Below the pieces are notes generated by a model. That model saw only the letters and a program-made list of their open reading frames with translations, was not told the DNA's origin and did no database searches. Shown here piece by piece: positions 10,201 to 19,311 of a stretch of 55,844 bases of DNA (its first letter is position 1; the number at the start of each line of letters is the position of its first letter). Both the position numbers and the translations under genes were made by a program. Source of the stretch: a virus (lineage: Duplodnaviria; Heunggongvirae; Uroviricota; Caudoviricetes); the IMG/VR virus record IMGVR_UViG_3300043119_000318; one strand, 5' to 3'.

Positions 10201-13200
10201 GATTTACCTGCAAAATATGGATAGAAAACAGTATCTGATTTTAATCCCTTATTTTGCACTACTAATCTTCTAGAGCGCATGTATGGAAGAAGAGTTGTGC
10301 TAACGACTTTATCTTCTAGAACTTTATCTTCCCAAGTATCTTGCACATAAGTTTCAATACCAGTTCTAGATCTAGGAACGGATACTCTAACCGTATCGAT
10401 GCTGAATGATTGTGATGCAATATTCGCACCGCCTCTCCAAGAAACATTATTAATGTCACTGAATAGAGTTCCTGCAGAGTATGTTACACCCTTCTGAACT
10501 TCTGTCGTGGCACCTGCCCAATTATATGTCCAGGCATTCCATATTGTTCCAAGAACACCTGCTTGTTCAGCAAGAGATTTAATAGTATTATAATTACCTT
10601 CGTTAGTAGAAACAATTAGATCTGGTCTTCTATTAACTTCAAACCAAGTATCGCTGGCTGGAACAATAGTCATCGTTCCAAGGAAAGTGAAGAACGCGAA
10701 TGGATTGATTTTCTCAGTGGTAGAAGATCTAATCTGTTTTACATAACTAACTTCGCTGTATGGAAGAGTTATGTACTTACCATTACCCAAACCAGTTTTA
10801 TCTCCCAAGGTGTAATTTCTGGCAAGACGCTCATCTTGAGTAGAACAAACTTCCACAAAAGGTACTTGATCTTGTGTGAAGAATGGACGAAGAACTCTTG
10901 CCTTAAAATCCATGGAATTCAGGTAATCTGGATTTGAAGTATCTCCTACGCTATGTCCAGAGAAATTATCTACAACAAACCCGTTTTTAAACTTTTCAAG
11001 ACCATTAACGTCTTTTATGGTCAAGTTTTGGGTTTCACTTTCAAGCAATGATAATGATGTGTAATATTCTAGATTAGAAATTCTCTTTTCTAGCTTGCCG
11101 ATATCAGACATCGTGTATCTCTTGTTATCGATCTGTTGGATCATAACAGAAGCTGAGTCTGGTTTTAACGTGTATGGTGCAAGTTCAAATTTATATAGAG
11201 AAACTGTATCGCTGACATCAGGTGCTTCTGGTAAATTATTAAGAGCAGAACTACCTTCTGAGATAGTGATCTTTCCTACTCTATCCATAGATAACTTACA
11301 CTTCTTACCCAAGTAGTATTCAAAATCAAGGACCATGTCTGTGCCATATTTTGGCATTAGACTTTCGTCGTCAGCGAATACAATCGAATCATTAAAACTG
11401 TCTACAACTTTTGGTCTAAAATCAATACAGTCTCTTAAAGAAACTCCATTAAAAGTTGGAATAGAAGAATATGGAATACCATTATACGAAGTTACGTCGA
11501 AGAAATCGCTGGTACCAGTATGTTCAAGATATTCAAAATTAATAATGATTGGCGCTGCAGGTTTTGATTTCCCATCTTTTAATTGAATGTAAGAAATACC
11601 ATAGTAAGAATCCGTCTGATTATTCTTTAACTTATATCTATCTGTAATATCTTGGGTATAACTGCCAGTTGGAGAGCTCCAAGTGCCAGTATCCATCATA
11701 ACACTTCGAATTTTAAATACGTCTGGCTTGCCAGTATATATCGCTTTAGAGAATCCTATTGTTGAATCAGTTACAGTTCTAGAACTAGACTTCAGAGTTT
11801 TAATCTTCGGTGTTGGAGAAGATGCCTCTAGTGTAGTTTGAATAATAACATTGTTTGTGTTATATGCAGAAAGACCAGTGAATTCAATAGTTAGATTATT
11901 GTTACTTCTGGTATATCCGGCAGGAATAATAATATTCCCAGTAGTTTGATTAACAAGTGTATAAGATCCGGTTACTGTTGGATTGGCGAACTGGTATATA
12001 GAACTAACTGGCAAAGATAGCGCTACGCTTCCAGAAGAAATTTGGCCAGTGAATGTTCTAACTGCAGTATAACGCGAATCAGAAATAGACTTTACAAAAG
12101 GTTGAGGTAAACTATAAACAGCAGATGTGTTACCTTGATTGTATAATGGGTTAACTGCCTTTTGGATTTTAACTCCAGAAGTAGTATTCTTCGTGAATGT
12201 ATGTGCAGTACCATTTGTTGCAACTGCAGTTATATCTACTTTACCAGTAGATCCACCAGCTTCAGCGCCAGATTTTGTGGTATATAAAATAAAGGAATTT
12301 GGAGTTGGAGAACCATTAGTTCCGGCGTATACATAATAAGTATTACCTCTAACCAAACCACCAATGCTTGCTGCAGTGAAACTTAAGGAGCTAGTGCTAG
12401 TTGCGGCAGTTAACTGTTTAACATCGCCAGCGACACCAGAAGATATAGAATCTGAAATTGTGAATGTAGATCCACTTGCGACGTTTTTAATGTAATATTT
12501 AACATTAGCTTGGATACCACCAAAAGAGTTTCCAAAAATAATAACATCATTAGCAACCATTCCAGTAGTTGAAGGAACAGTTATAACATTAGTAGATGCG
12601 TTAGTGCTAATAGCGTTAGAAGAAGAAGTTACTACGTTACCTGAACTGTAACTAATCTCGTTTCCAGTAGAAAACCCATGCGCAGTATACGCTATAGAAT
12701 CGCCGCTAGTGCTTACGATAGATGCGTTAGTGCCGTCGATACTAATAGAAGTTGTTCCTGATACATTAGTATCTAGAACCATAGTAGTATCATTCGTTAT
12801 TTCAGAATCAATTTTTGCATAAATTCCATTAATATAAACATACTCACCTTTTTCAAATTCAGTAAAGAATCTAGTTCCGGTGCCAAAAATAGTGTTGCCA
12901 TTAACAATAACAGTACCAGAACCATCCGTTGTATCTAAAGAAACATCTGCAGTGAATGTAGTGGCTTTAGTAGATCCTAGAATTGATAGTTGTTTAACTC
13001 TATTGGTGAACTGGTATTTCTTATTTGTGCCTGGAATAGTGTCCATGACTACATTAAATAAGAATACCTTATAGATCGCATTAGCTGAACCAATAGTGCC
13101 TTCTTGATAATCAATGGCACGAATTCTTGCTGATCCTACTTTAATGCCAGAAGAAACTCCAGCAGTTACAGTTAAGTTTTCATAAAGTTTAACTTCTGGA

Positions 13201-14579
13201 TATGTAGAAACATCTGGGAAGTAATTCAAATTTTTAACTAACGTATATTGGCCAAGATCAAGAGCGAATAAAATATCTTGTTTAACTTCAGAATCTCTTG
13301 CTTTTGAAACTGCAGTATACTTAATTGATCTGTTTTCAACCTCATAACCAAAAATATACGCTTTTCCAGAACCAAGCCCCACTGCCAATTTAGCTTCGTC
13401 TTCAAGGTGCTGATTTACAGTGGTATAAGTGCTAGGAGCAGTATACACGCCATTATTATATTCTGGTTCAGTCACTTCTTGCCAAATAGTCACACCAGCT
13501 TGAGTAGTTGATGTTGTTCTTGGAGTAGAATTGCTATCAGATAATCCAGTGTTTAGCGCACGATAGAATGTTTTAACGCCAGCCGATGTATATGAGACTA
13601 TATCATTTGACAGATATGGCTTATTGACTGCATAAACACCGCGATTATTATCGCGCCACTCTTTAATTGTAATTGGAAAATTATTTACAACATAATTACC
13701 AGACTCTTCGTATGTTCTACGAGCAAGAGTATCTTCAATTATATTATATGCAGTTTTATTAACCACATACTCAATGTTACCATTTTTTAGACGAAGAATT
13801 TCAATAAATTCTTTATCTTCTCCGATAGTAAAATCGTAAGATCTTCGTACAAGATTCAACGCGATGGAGTAACGATGAGCACCTGGTGCCGAATAGTTAT
13901 ATGATCCTGCAGCATTATCTAGTAAAGTTTCATCTTCTTCTGGAGTTACAATATCTTCTACTATCTGTAGGCAAACTTTAGTAGTAGGAGTTCTAGTGAA
14001 CTTACTCAATACGATTGTTTGAGTTTCAACTAAAACAAAGTGTTTTTTAACATAAAACACACCTTGTTGAATAGTCGCACCAGATCCAATACCAGTAGCT
14101 TCCGATGCAGCAACAGTAACCGTTACACCAGAACTCTCTGATGTTAGTGTCTCGGATCCCTGAAATACTTTAGTTAATCCATCTGTACCTGAACTCAGAT
14201 ACTTCACATAAATCATTGAAGGATCTGTCGATGATTTTGTGGTATATGTTAATACTTTGGCACGGACACCGGAAGTGCTACCAACGATAATGTCTCCAAC
14301 CAATCCTGCTAAGAAACCATCAGTGCTAGATTGACCAACACTAGCAGTCAGCTTAACATAAGAAAGATAATTATCGAAACCAATTTCACCAGGAATAACC
14401 ATAGAGCCATCTTTAAATAGATGGTCGCCTACTCTAGAGATTTGATTTTGAAGAATTGACTGTAATTGATTTAATTCTCTAGCTTGTACGCCGTACCCTG
14501 GTCTAAAAAGAATTTTAAGAAACTTTTTATCCTCACTAAAATCGTCATAGTATGGTTCTGCGTTGAAATTGATTGCCAT
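7224..14579 (-). CDS. Large virion structural protein (DUF4815/VrlC-like), 2451 aa
   Basis: N-terminus MAINFNAEPYYDDFSEDKKFLKILFRPGYGVQARELNQLQSILQNQ, then APGAHRY, FKNGFVVDNF and DPLAQTF motifs, and a C-terminal P..KDLRIIALA. Confidence 0.85.
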   Translation of the reverse strand: MAINFNAEPYYDDFSEDKKFLKILFRPGYGVQARELNQLQSILQNQISRVGDHLFKDGSMVIPGEIGFDNYLSYVKLTASVGQSSTDGFLAGLVGDIIVGSTSGVRAKVLTYTTKSSTDPSMIYVKYLSSGTDGLTKVFQGSETLTSESSGVTVTVAASEATGIGSGATIQQGVFYVKKHFVLVETQTIVLSKFTRTPTTKVCLQIVEDIVTPEEDETLLDNAAGSYNYSAPGAHRYSIALNLVRRSYDFTIGEDKEFIEILRLKNGNIEYVVNKTAYNIIEDTLARRTYEESGNYVVNNFPITIKEWRDNNRGVYAVNKPYLSNDIVSYTSAGVKTFYRALNTGLSDSNSTPRTTSTTQAGVTIWQEVTEPEYNNGVYTAPSTYTTVNQHLEDEAKLAVGLGSGKAYIFGYEVENRSIKYTAVSKARDSEVKQDILFALDLGQYTLVKNLNYFPDVSTYPEVKLYENLTVTAGVSSGIKVGSARIRAIDYQEGTIGSANAIYKVFLFNVVMDTIPGTNKKYQFTNRVKQLSILGSTKATTFTADVSLDTTDGSGTVIVNGNTIFGTGTRFFTEFEKGEYVYINGIYAKIDSEITNDTTMVLDTNVSGTTSISIDGTNASIVSTSGDSIAYTAHGFSTGNEISYSSGNVVTSSSNAISTNASTNVITVPSTTGMVANDVIIFGNSFGGIQANVKYYIKNVASGSTFTISDSISSGVAGDVKQLTAATSTSSLSFTAASIGGLVRGNTYYVYAGTNGSPTPNSFILYTTKSGAEAGGSTGKVDITAVATNGTAHTFTKNTTSGVKIQKAVNPLYNQGNTSAVYSLPQPFVKSISDSRYTAVRTFTGQISSGSVALSLPVSSIYQFANPTVTGSYTLVNQTTGNIIIPAGYTRSNNNLTIEFTGLSAYNTNNVIIQTTLEASSPTPKIKTLKSSSRTVTDSTIGFSKAIYTGKPDVFKIRSVMMDTGTWSSPTGSYTQDITDRYKLKNNQTDSYYGISYIQLKDGKSKPAAPIIINFEYLEHTGTSDFFDVTSYNGIPYSSIPTFNGVSLRDCIDFRPKVVDSFNDSIVFADDESLMPKYGTDMVLDFEYYLGKKCKLSMDRVGKITISEGSSALNNLPEAPDVSDTVSLYKFELAPYTLKPDSASVMIQQIDNKRYTMSDIGKLEKRISNLEYYTSLSLLESETQNLTIKDVNGLEKFKNGFVVDNFSGHSVGDTSNPDYLNSMDFKARVLRPFFTQDQVPFVEVCSTQDERLARNYTLGDKTGLGNGKYITLPYSEVSYVKQIRSSTTEKINPFAFFTFLGTMTIVPASDTWFEVNRRPDLIVSTNEGNYNTIKSLAEQAGVLGTIWNAWTYNWAGATTEVQKGVTYSAGTLFSDINNVSWRGGANIASQSFSIDTVRVSVPRSRTGIETYVQDTWEDKVLEDKVVSTTLLPYMRSRRLVVQNKGLKSDTVFYPYFAGKSVSEYCTPAERIIFTAVTGQVSEFDTQSRAGSNYTESARLYPGESVELAVSMGDVLTAYDSTGTTPTGVTGIVVGWEKYTEGPDAGKLAVWVVNRKYPAAATVTTFLENQVIKGSLSEAYGTVVSHQTFNSGDAIKTSRSGSAFFTFKVPNTDYIKFNTGTNELTLLDVSTFERARSTSSATKEFSASGVFQERQNQIQRIRSGELATKNVAPESASEMSSATRYSNDPGWYDPLAQTFLITETNGVFVTSIDLFFFKKDETVPVTVQLREVVNGYPGKNVINTARVTIPASKILTSTDASVATNVRFTSPTYLNGNTEYAIILLSDSDIPEVFVARMGDLDKENGAQIDKQPYMGSFFKSQNGSTWTAEQSIDLKFVLYKAQFETNIVANVAFENSRIIDQELSTDPFYMTAGSRKVRVSHSNHGMNTASVVAFKGIPENGVGTIYSSTSSAIITGVSTKFATSNPVQTGAIIYRSDGKIIGEVLSIQSDTQLTLKSVAASNYGSSTSAQQFGFINPMNGVSPSEIFKMDSSGNYIPLIIDSVELDSYVITLGTDSIAATLSASSTTVSNIDTRYMFVGQPVIKTSGTGVFASNTTVASITSVGSAGSIVLSATPTTAGAVVFSVGDIPTDTGNVGGNNVRASRDVPYDLINPAINIENYTGTSSIITYQGLTGRTVDGTQTPYQTFTEAGLPYINTFAITPGSDNYMPVPMCMASNENAVNYGLNLSNISTLRNSAIINVELMTTNPDLSPIINVENVAVTTVSNKINNPSSSMNIDPIDYVTVVDDEQGIVFDGTKTAVVSDSALYDNIKNIVSGQYIRISINGGTTYTTYLVDDVDVEGKSFTVDSVLTTKAGTVAVIIKVLDRYFTEKTPVGASTINKYVTRKMRFANPCTSFKVIFDADIPLEANVGVYYKLNPAGTETDFNFTEYQTAQEQTPAGLKSNTGAFAENDIEVTDLPEFDAITIKITMTSTDSTKIPRLKDLRIIALA

Positions 14580-14608
14580 TTTCTTTTAGCCTTTGTTTAA
14601 TATCGCTA

Positions 14609-17600
14609 TTATAATTTAAATCTGGTAGTTAAAACTACTGGTTGTTCTACTGATGGAGTGAACGGTGGTTTATTATCAATAAAAATCAGATCTCCAGAGA
14701 ATTTATCTATATCTGGTTGTTCTACAAATGATATTTGATGATTCGCGCCGGATGCTGTTTTTAAATTTTTACCAGGCTTAATGATATCATCATTATTATC
14801 TATTGCTTGCAAGATTAGACTTTTATCGCTAATAGCAATAACTAAAAATCTAACAAAATCCTGTGATACTGAAGTGGTAGATATTCGAACAACAGAATTC
14901 AAACTTAATGTTGGAGTAGTACCTAAAGTGACTTTATAACAAGTAGATCCAGTGCTATTATTATATTTATATACACTATTGAATACATTTGGAGCTTTCA
15001 TTACACCAACTTGACGCAAACTAGAATTCAATTCAAGTAACTTAATATTAATTTTAGAGATTCTAGTATATAGAATTACAGTTCTGCCAAATAATTCATC
15101 AACTGCGCTGCGTCCATGACCACCCTTTGGTCCAATAATAGCAACTATATTAGCTCCGCTTCCAGCACCGGTGATTGTAATAGTGGCTTCAGTATAATTT
15201 TTACCTCTATTTACTATAGTTATCTTAGTGATCTCTCCGTTAACTACTGTTGCTGTTGCAGTGGCTCCACTACCAGTTCCTGTTATCGTAACTACAGTAG
15301 ATCCTTGCACATAACCTTGCCCACCACTAATGATTTTAGTGTTATCGATAGAACCATTAATTGCATTAAGCTCGACCGATGCTTGCTGCGAATTGGTTTC
15401 ACCCAAAGCAGTGTCAATACTTAATTGAGCATTTACGCCAGTTCCACTAACGGGTAATTTGTTTCTTTTGACTTCACATAAAGCTGCGGTATAACCAATT
15501 CCGCCATCTACAATAATTGCACCTTGAAATTCTCCAGTAGTTTCACTAACGATAGGTTCAATATATGCCTTAGACTTCTCGGCTATCGCTGCTAATACAG
15601 GCAGAGTCATAGTTGAAATATACAATAAATTCACATTACCATTAATTACCGTTCCGCTAGTATGTGTCGGAGCAGAACTACCAAGAGTATAAGGAGATAT
15701 AGAACTGGCAACGTAAGTTAATCCAGTTGGTGTTCCTGCAGTAGTTGTTAGAGCAGTTCCACCCGGAGTATCAGATAAAGTGAATGTAGTAGAACCGTTA
15801 GTGGTTTTAATGTAATATGTTTTTGGGTTTGTATAACCAGTAATAGAACCAGTGCCACCATAAGTTCCACTAATTACTACTTGCATACCAACAACTAGAG
15901 TCGTTGAAGAACATTGAAATTGTCCTCCAGTCCCCGTTATCGTAACTGAAGAAAGAGTTGAAGATATTGCGGTTGCTTTATATATTCTGGAATCATATAC
16001 TACTTCTTGATTTAATGCGACTGCAGAAGTTGCTGCCCACAAATTAGTAAATTCTAAGTATGGTGTTGGGAATAAAGTATACCCATATCCAGGATCAGTT
16101 AGATATGCGCTTTTAATAAATCCAGAAGTAATAACAACAGTTCCAGTTGCTTGATAGTTGGATGTTTTATTTTTAAGAGTATGTTTGACACCAACTCCGG
16201 CGCCGGTGATGTCAATTAATCCTGTTCCGTTATGTGTATTCGCGTTTCCTTGAGTATCATATAACTGTAAAGTTCCCGTAGTAGGAGCATATGCATAATA
16301 ATCAGTTCCGGAAGTTAATCCAGGAACAGTAGTTCCTCCGCCGTTACTATAAGTTACTTGAGCGCCGGTTTCAATACCATGATTGCTATATGTTAAAGTA
16401 TTGGTTGTGGCATTGAATGCTGTGGCGCCGTTAAATGTTATAGTTGGTGGTTCGATTAAAAGAGTTGGTGTACTGGTATAATTTTCTCCAATGGTGTTTA
16501 GTGTAACTGATTTAACGTATCCGTTAATAGGAGACAGGGTCGCGCTCGCGCTAGCTGTGTTAATAGTTAAATTTACATCAGTTGAGTATGGAGTTATAAC
16601 AATTTGAGGAGTTGAAGTATATCCAGATCCAACATTAGTTACAGTTATATTAGAAACTCCGGCAGCTAAAACTGCATATGCTCCTGCTGGAGTTGCAGAA
16701 TTTCCGCCTCCAATAAAAGAAACTAGAGGAACTGAATTGTATCCACTACCCGAAGTTAAAGTTACACTTGCTACTTGACTAGTATTGGAAGGATTCATAT
16801 TAGCAGTTGCAGTTGCAGGGGTGCCAACATAAGTTAATGTAGCAGTTCCGTTTGTAACGGCACCAGTAGTATGCGTTGGTGGAGTAGAAGCATGGGTCGT
16901 TCCACCGATTGTGACCGTATATAAATTGTTACCATAGAACACTTGCTCATTGGTAACAAGAGATGTATTAGACACCCATAATTTACCAATGCGAACCGTT
17001 GGTATTAAGTTAGCAACTCCAGTGCCAGATCCAACACCTGTTGCAACAAATTTAACACCTGCTGTATTTGATGCTGCTCCGATAGAAGTCCAACTTGTAT
17101 TACCAACAGTAGTTATGATGTATGTCTCACCTACAACAATATTTCCTGAAGAAATAGTGACTGATGTATATGGGTAAGAACCTGCTGAATCTACTTGAAC
17201 GCTGGAGACAATACCAGAAATGGTAGCAGTTGCTGCAGCACCTGTTCCGCCACCACCGCTAAAATTAACTGTTGGTGGAAACGTGTATCCAAGTCCAGCA
17301 AAATCAATTGTTATAGTGCTAGAAATAGGATATCCAACAACAGCTGTTGCTGTCGCGCCAGCACCGCTTCCTCCAGAGAATGAGACTTCTGGAATCTCTT
17401 TATAACCAGCACCATTTGAATCAACTGTTATTGATTGTAATGCCACGTTAACAATAACTTTACCAGAAGCTGCTCTGCCACCAGGCAGAGTTGTTAGCGG
17501 CGCTGGATATGAAACATTAATGTAATCTGCAGAACTGAACCCAGTTCCTGAGTCATTCACATTAATACCAGTCATAATGTATGGGTTTGCTTCTCTATAT

Positions 17601-18820
17601 CCATCACCCGTTATCAACAACTCTGTGTTTAGCTTTTTAGCTGGAGTTAATGCGTCAAACCGAATCAAAGGTTCTGTTGTATTTAAATTGATAACATTGT
17701 ACGTATATGCGCTTAATGGTGCTGTATATGTTAAAGTTGTTGGCTGACCAAGATATTGTAAAGTAGCAGTTCCATTAGTTGCCGTGCCACTAGTGTGAGT
17801 TGGAGCAGTACTATTAGTAGTACCAGCAACAGCAACTTTATAAAGTCTAGTCGAAAAGTAAACTGTAGAATTTAGCGTAACTGAAGTAGTCGCTGTCCAA
17901 ATCGCAGAATTTACTACGGCACCAGAAGAATGTGTTGGTGCTGCGGAGCCAGATACACCGGCAGAAGCAGTGTATACATTAACCCCTGAGTAAACTAATT
18001 GGTTTGCTGAATACGTTGCTGTTGCGCTCCATAAACTAGGATCGAAAATCTTCGTGGACAAAGATGCCACTGTTCTTACTTCGCCACCTATTTCGATTCT
18101 ATCACCTGCGACCAGCGTGGCGATACCAGAGCTCAAACCATACAATTTACGTAAGTTCAAAACACCGTCTTCGAACTTCGAAGACATAGAACCCAAACTA
18201 ACATTTTGGTTGTATAGGGTTCCCTTTTTCTCAAACACAATCTGAGAAAGTTTACCATTACTATAGAATCCAGTCTGAAGCGCGTTCACGACTGGCATCT
18301 GTGAAGAATTAAGAAATTTATTTCTTAAGTATAGTGGGATATTATACATGAATTTCCATGTATAATTATCTTGCGCGTTGGTGATGAAACCCACAGATTG
18401 TCCTGTAGGTTTCACTGTAGAGCCGCCGCCATTGTTATTTGAGATACATTTATAGACGTTAAATTCGTCTGTTAAAACATAAAAAACTGCAGTGTCTAGA
18501 GAAGTAGCTCCGCTAGTCGCTGTATATGTTGTTGTATAATTATCGTATTGATCGTACGGAGTTCCAAGAACCCAATTAATGCGATCAATAACTAGACAAA
18601 CATCCGTTGGTAAGATTTCTTGGCATTGAACTATACTACTTCTAGTGGTATACTCGTACGTTAAAGTGTCGAGCGCAGCCAATGGAGTGTCTTCATTGAC
18701 ACTCCATTGATCTGTTTTACCAAATGTATAGTAATACTTGTTCTTTTTGCTTAAAATCTCGTCTAAAAGCGTTTTCGCTAAAGAAGAATGTATAGTATAC
18801 TTTAGAAGTGAAGTTGCCAT
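14609..18820 (-). CDS. gp8: Baseplate wedge subunit gp8-like with large internal insertion, 1403 aa
   Basis: YVLTDEFNVYKCISNNNG...KPT...YTWKFMY motif near the N-terminus; GGHG..AVDEL and D.FSGDLIFIDN at the C-terminus. Confidence 0.85.
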   Translation of the reverse strand: MATSLLKYTIHSSLAKTLLDEILSKKNKYYYTFGKTDQWSVNEDTPLAALDTLTYEYTTRSSIVQCQEILPTDVCLVIDRINWVLGTPYDQYDNYTTTYTATSGATSLDTAVFYVLTDEFNVYKCISNNNGGGSTVKPTGQSVGFITNAQDNYTWKFMYNIPLYLRNKFLNSSQMPVVNALQTGFYSNGKLSQIVFEKKGTLYNQNVSLGSMSSKFEDGVLNLRKLYGLSSGIATLVAGDRIEIGGEVRTVASLSTKIFDPSLWSATATYSANQLVYSGVNVYTASAGVSGSAAPTHSSGAVVNSAIWTATTSVTLNSTVYFSTRLYKVAVAGTTNSTAPTHTSGTATNGTATLQYLGQPTTLTYTAPLSAYTYNVINLNTTEPLIRFDALTPAKKLNTELLITGDGYREANPYIMTGINVNDSGTGFSSADYINVSYPAPLTTLPGGRAASGKVIVNVALQSITVDSNGAGYKEIPEVSFSGGSGAGATATAVVGYPISSTITIDFAGLGYTFPPTVNFSGGGGTGAAATATISGIVSSVQVDSAGSYPYTSVTISSGNIVVGETYIITTVGNTSWTSIGAASNTAGVKFVATGVGSGTGVANLIPTVRIGKLWVSNTSLVTNEQVFYGNNLYTVTIGGTTHASTPPTHTTGAVTNGTATLTYVGTPATATANMNPSNTSQVASVTLTSGSGYNSVPLVSFIGGGNSATPAGAYAVLAAGVSNITVTNVGSGYTSTPQIVITPYSTDVNLTINTASASATLSPINGYVKSVTLNTIGENYTSTPTLLIEPPTITFNGATAFNATTNTLTYSNHGIETGAQVTYSNGGGTTVPGLTSGTDYYAYAPTTGTLQLYDTQGNANTHNGTGLIDITGAGVGVKHTLKNKTSNYQATGTVVITSGFIKSAYLTDPGYGYTLFPTPYLEFTNLWAATSAVALNQEVVYDSRIYKATAISSTLSSVTITGTGGQFQCSSTTLVVGMQVVISGTYGGTGSITGYTNPKTYYIKTTNGSTTFTLSDTPGGTALTTTAGTPTGLTYVASSISPYTLGSSAPTHTSGTVINGNVNLLYISTMTLPVLAAIAEKSKAYIEPIVSETTGEFQGAIIVDGGIGYTAALCEVKRNKLPVSGTGVNAQLSIDTALGETNSQQASVELNAINGSIDNTKIISGGQGYVQGSTVVTITGTGSGATATATVVNGEITKITIVNRGKNYTEATITITGAGSGANIVAIIGPKGGHGRSAVDELFGRTVILYTRISKINIKLLELNSSLRQVGVMKAPNVFNSVYKYNNSTGSTCYKVTLGTTPTLSLNSVVRISTTSVSQDFVRFLVIAISDKSLILQAIDNNDDIIKPGKNLKTASGANHQISFVEQPDIDKFSGDLIFIDNKPPFTPSVEQPVVLTTRFKL

Positions 18821-18828
18821 TTTTCAGA

Positions 18829-19302
18829 TTAGCTTACAGTGATTGTCCAAGTGATAGTGATAGTATCAGAAGTAGTTTTGTTAACTGCGCTGAATACAGT
18901 GCGGCAAAGCATAGTACCACCAGTCAATGCATTGAAAACACCAGCTTCAGTGATAGCACCGCTATATGCAGAAGTGAACGTAGCAACATAAGTAACTGTG
19001 TTGGTAGAAGTAGCTGCTGCGGTAGAGAATGTAACGCGAGCACCGTTAGCAGTACCCAATGCTGTATCACCAACCGCAACTGCAGTGGCGCCAGTACCGA
19101 TACCCATGTGAGTCATAGCAACTGGAGAATCAGTCGTGGTTTTGATCATAGAACCAGCGATGAAAGTCTTACCAGATGTAACGACAGTGTTCTTCACTTT
19201 ACGTACATCTTTTAGATTGCCCTGGTCATCATGCAATTCGATAGTTAAAGTTCCAACTGGATATGCGTCGTCTTGAACTTGATTTGTTTCTTGTGTATTC
19301 AT
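18829..19302 (-). CDS. Putative fibre-attachment/collar-type structural protein, 157 aa
   Basis: Motifs NTVVTSG, MGIGTG, ITEAGVFNA..GGTMLCRTVF..VNK are typical of phage fibre/baseplate attachment domains. Confidence 0.6.
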   Translation of the reverse strand: MNTQETNQVQDDAYPVGTLTIELHDDQGNLKDVRKVKNTVVTSGKTFIAGSMIKTTTDSPVAMTHMGIGTGATAVAVGDTALGTANGARVTFSTAAATSTNTVTYVATFTSAYSGAITEAGVFNALTGGTMLCRTVFSAVNKTTSDTITITWTITVS

Positions 19303-19311
19303 AAAATTTCC

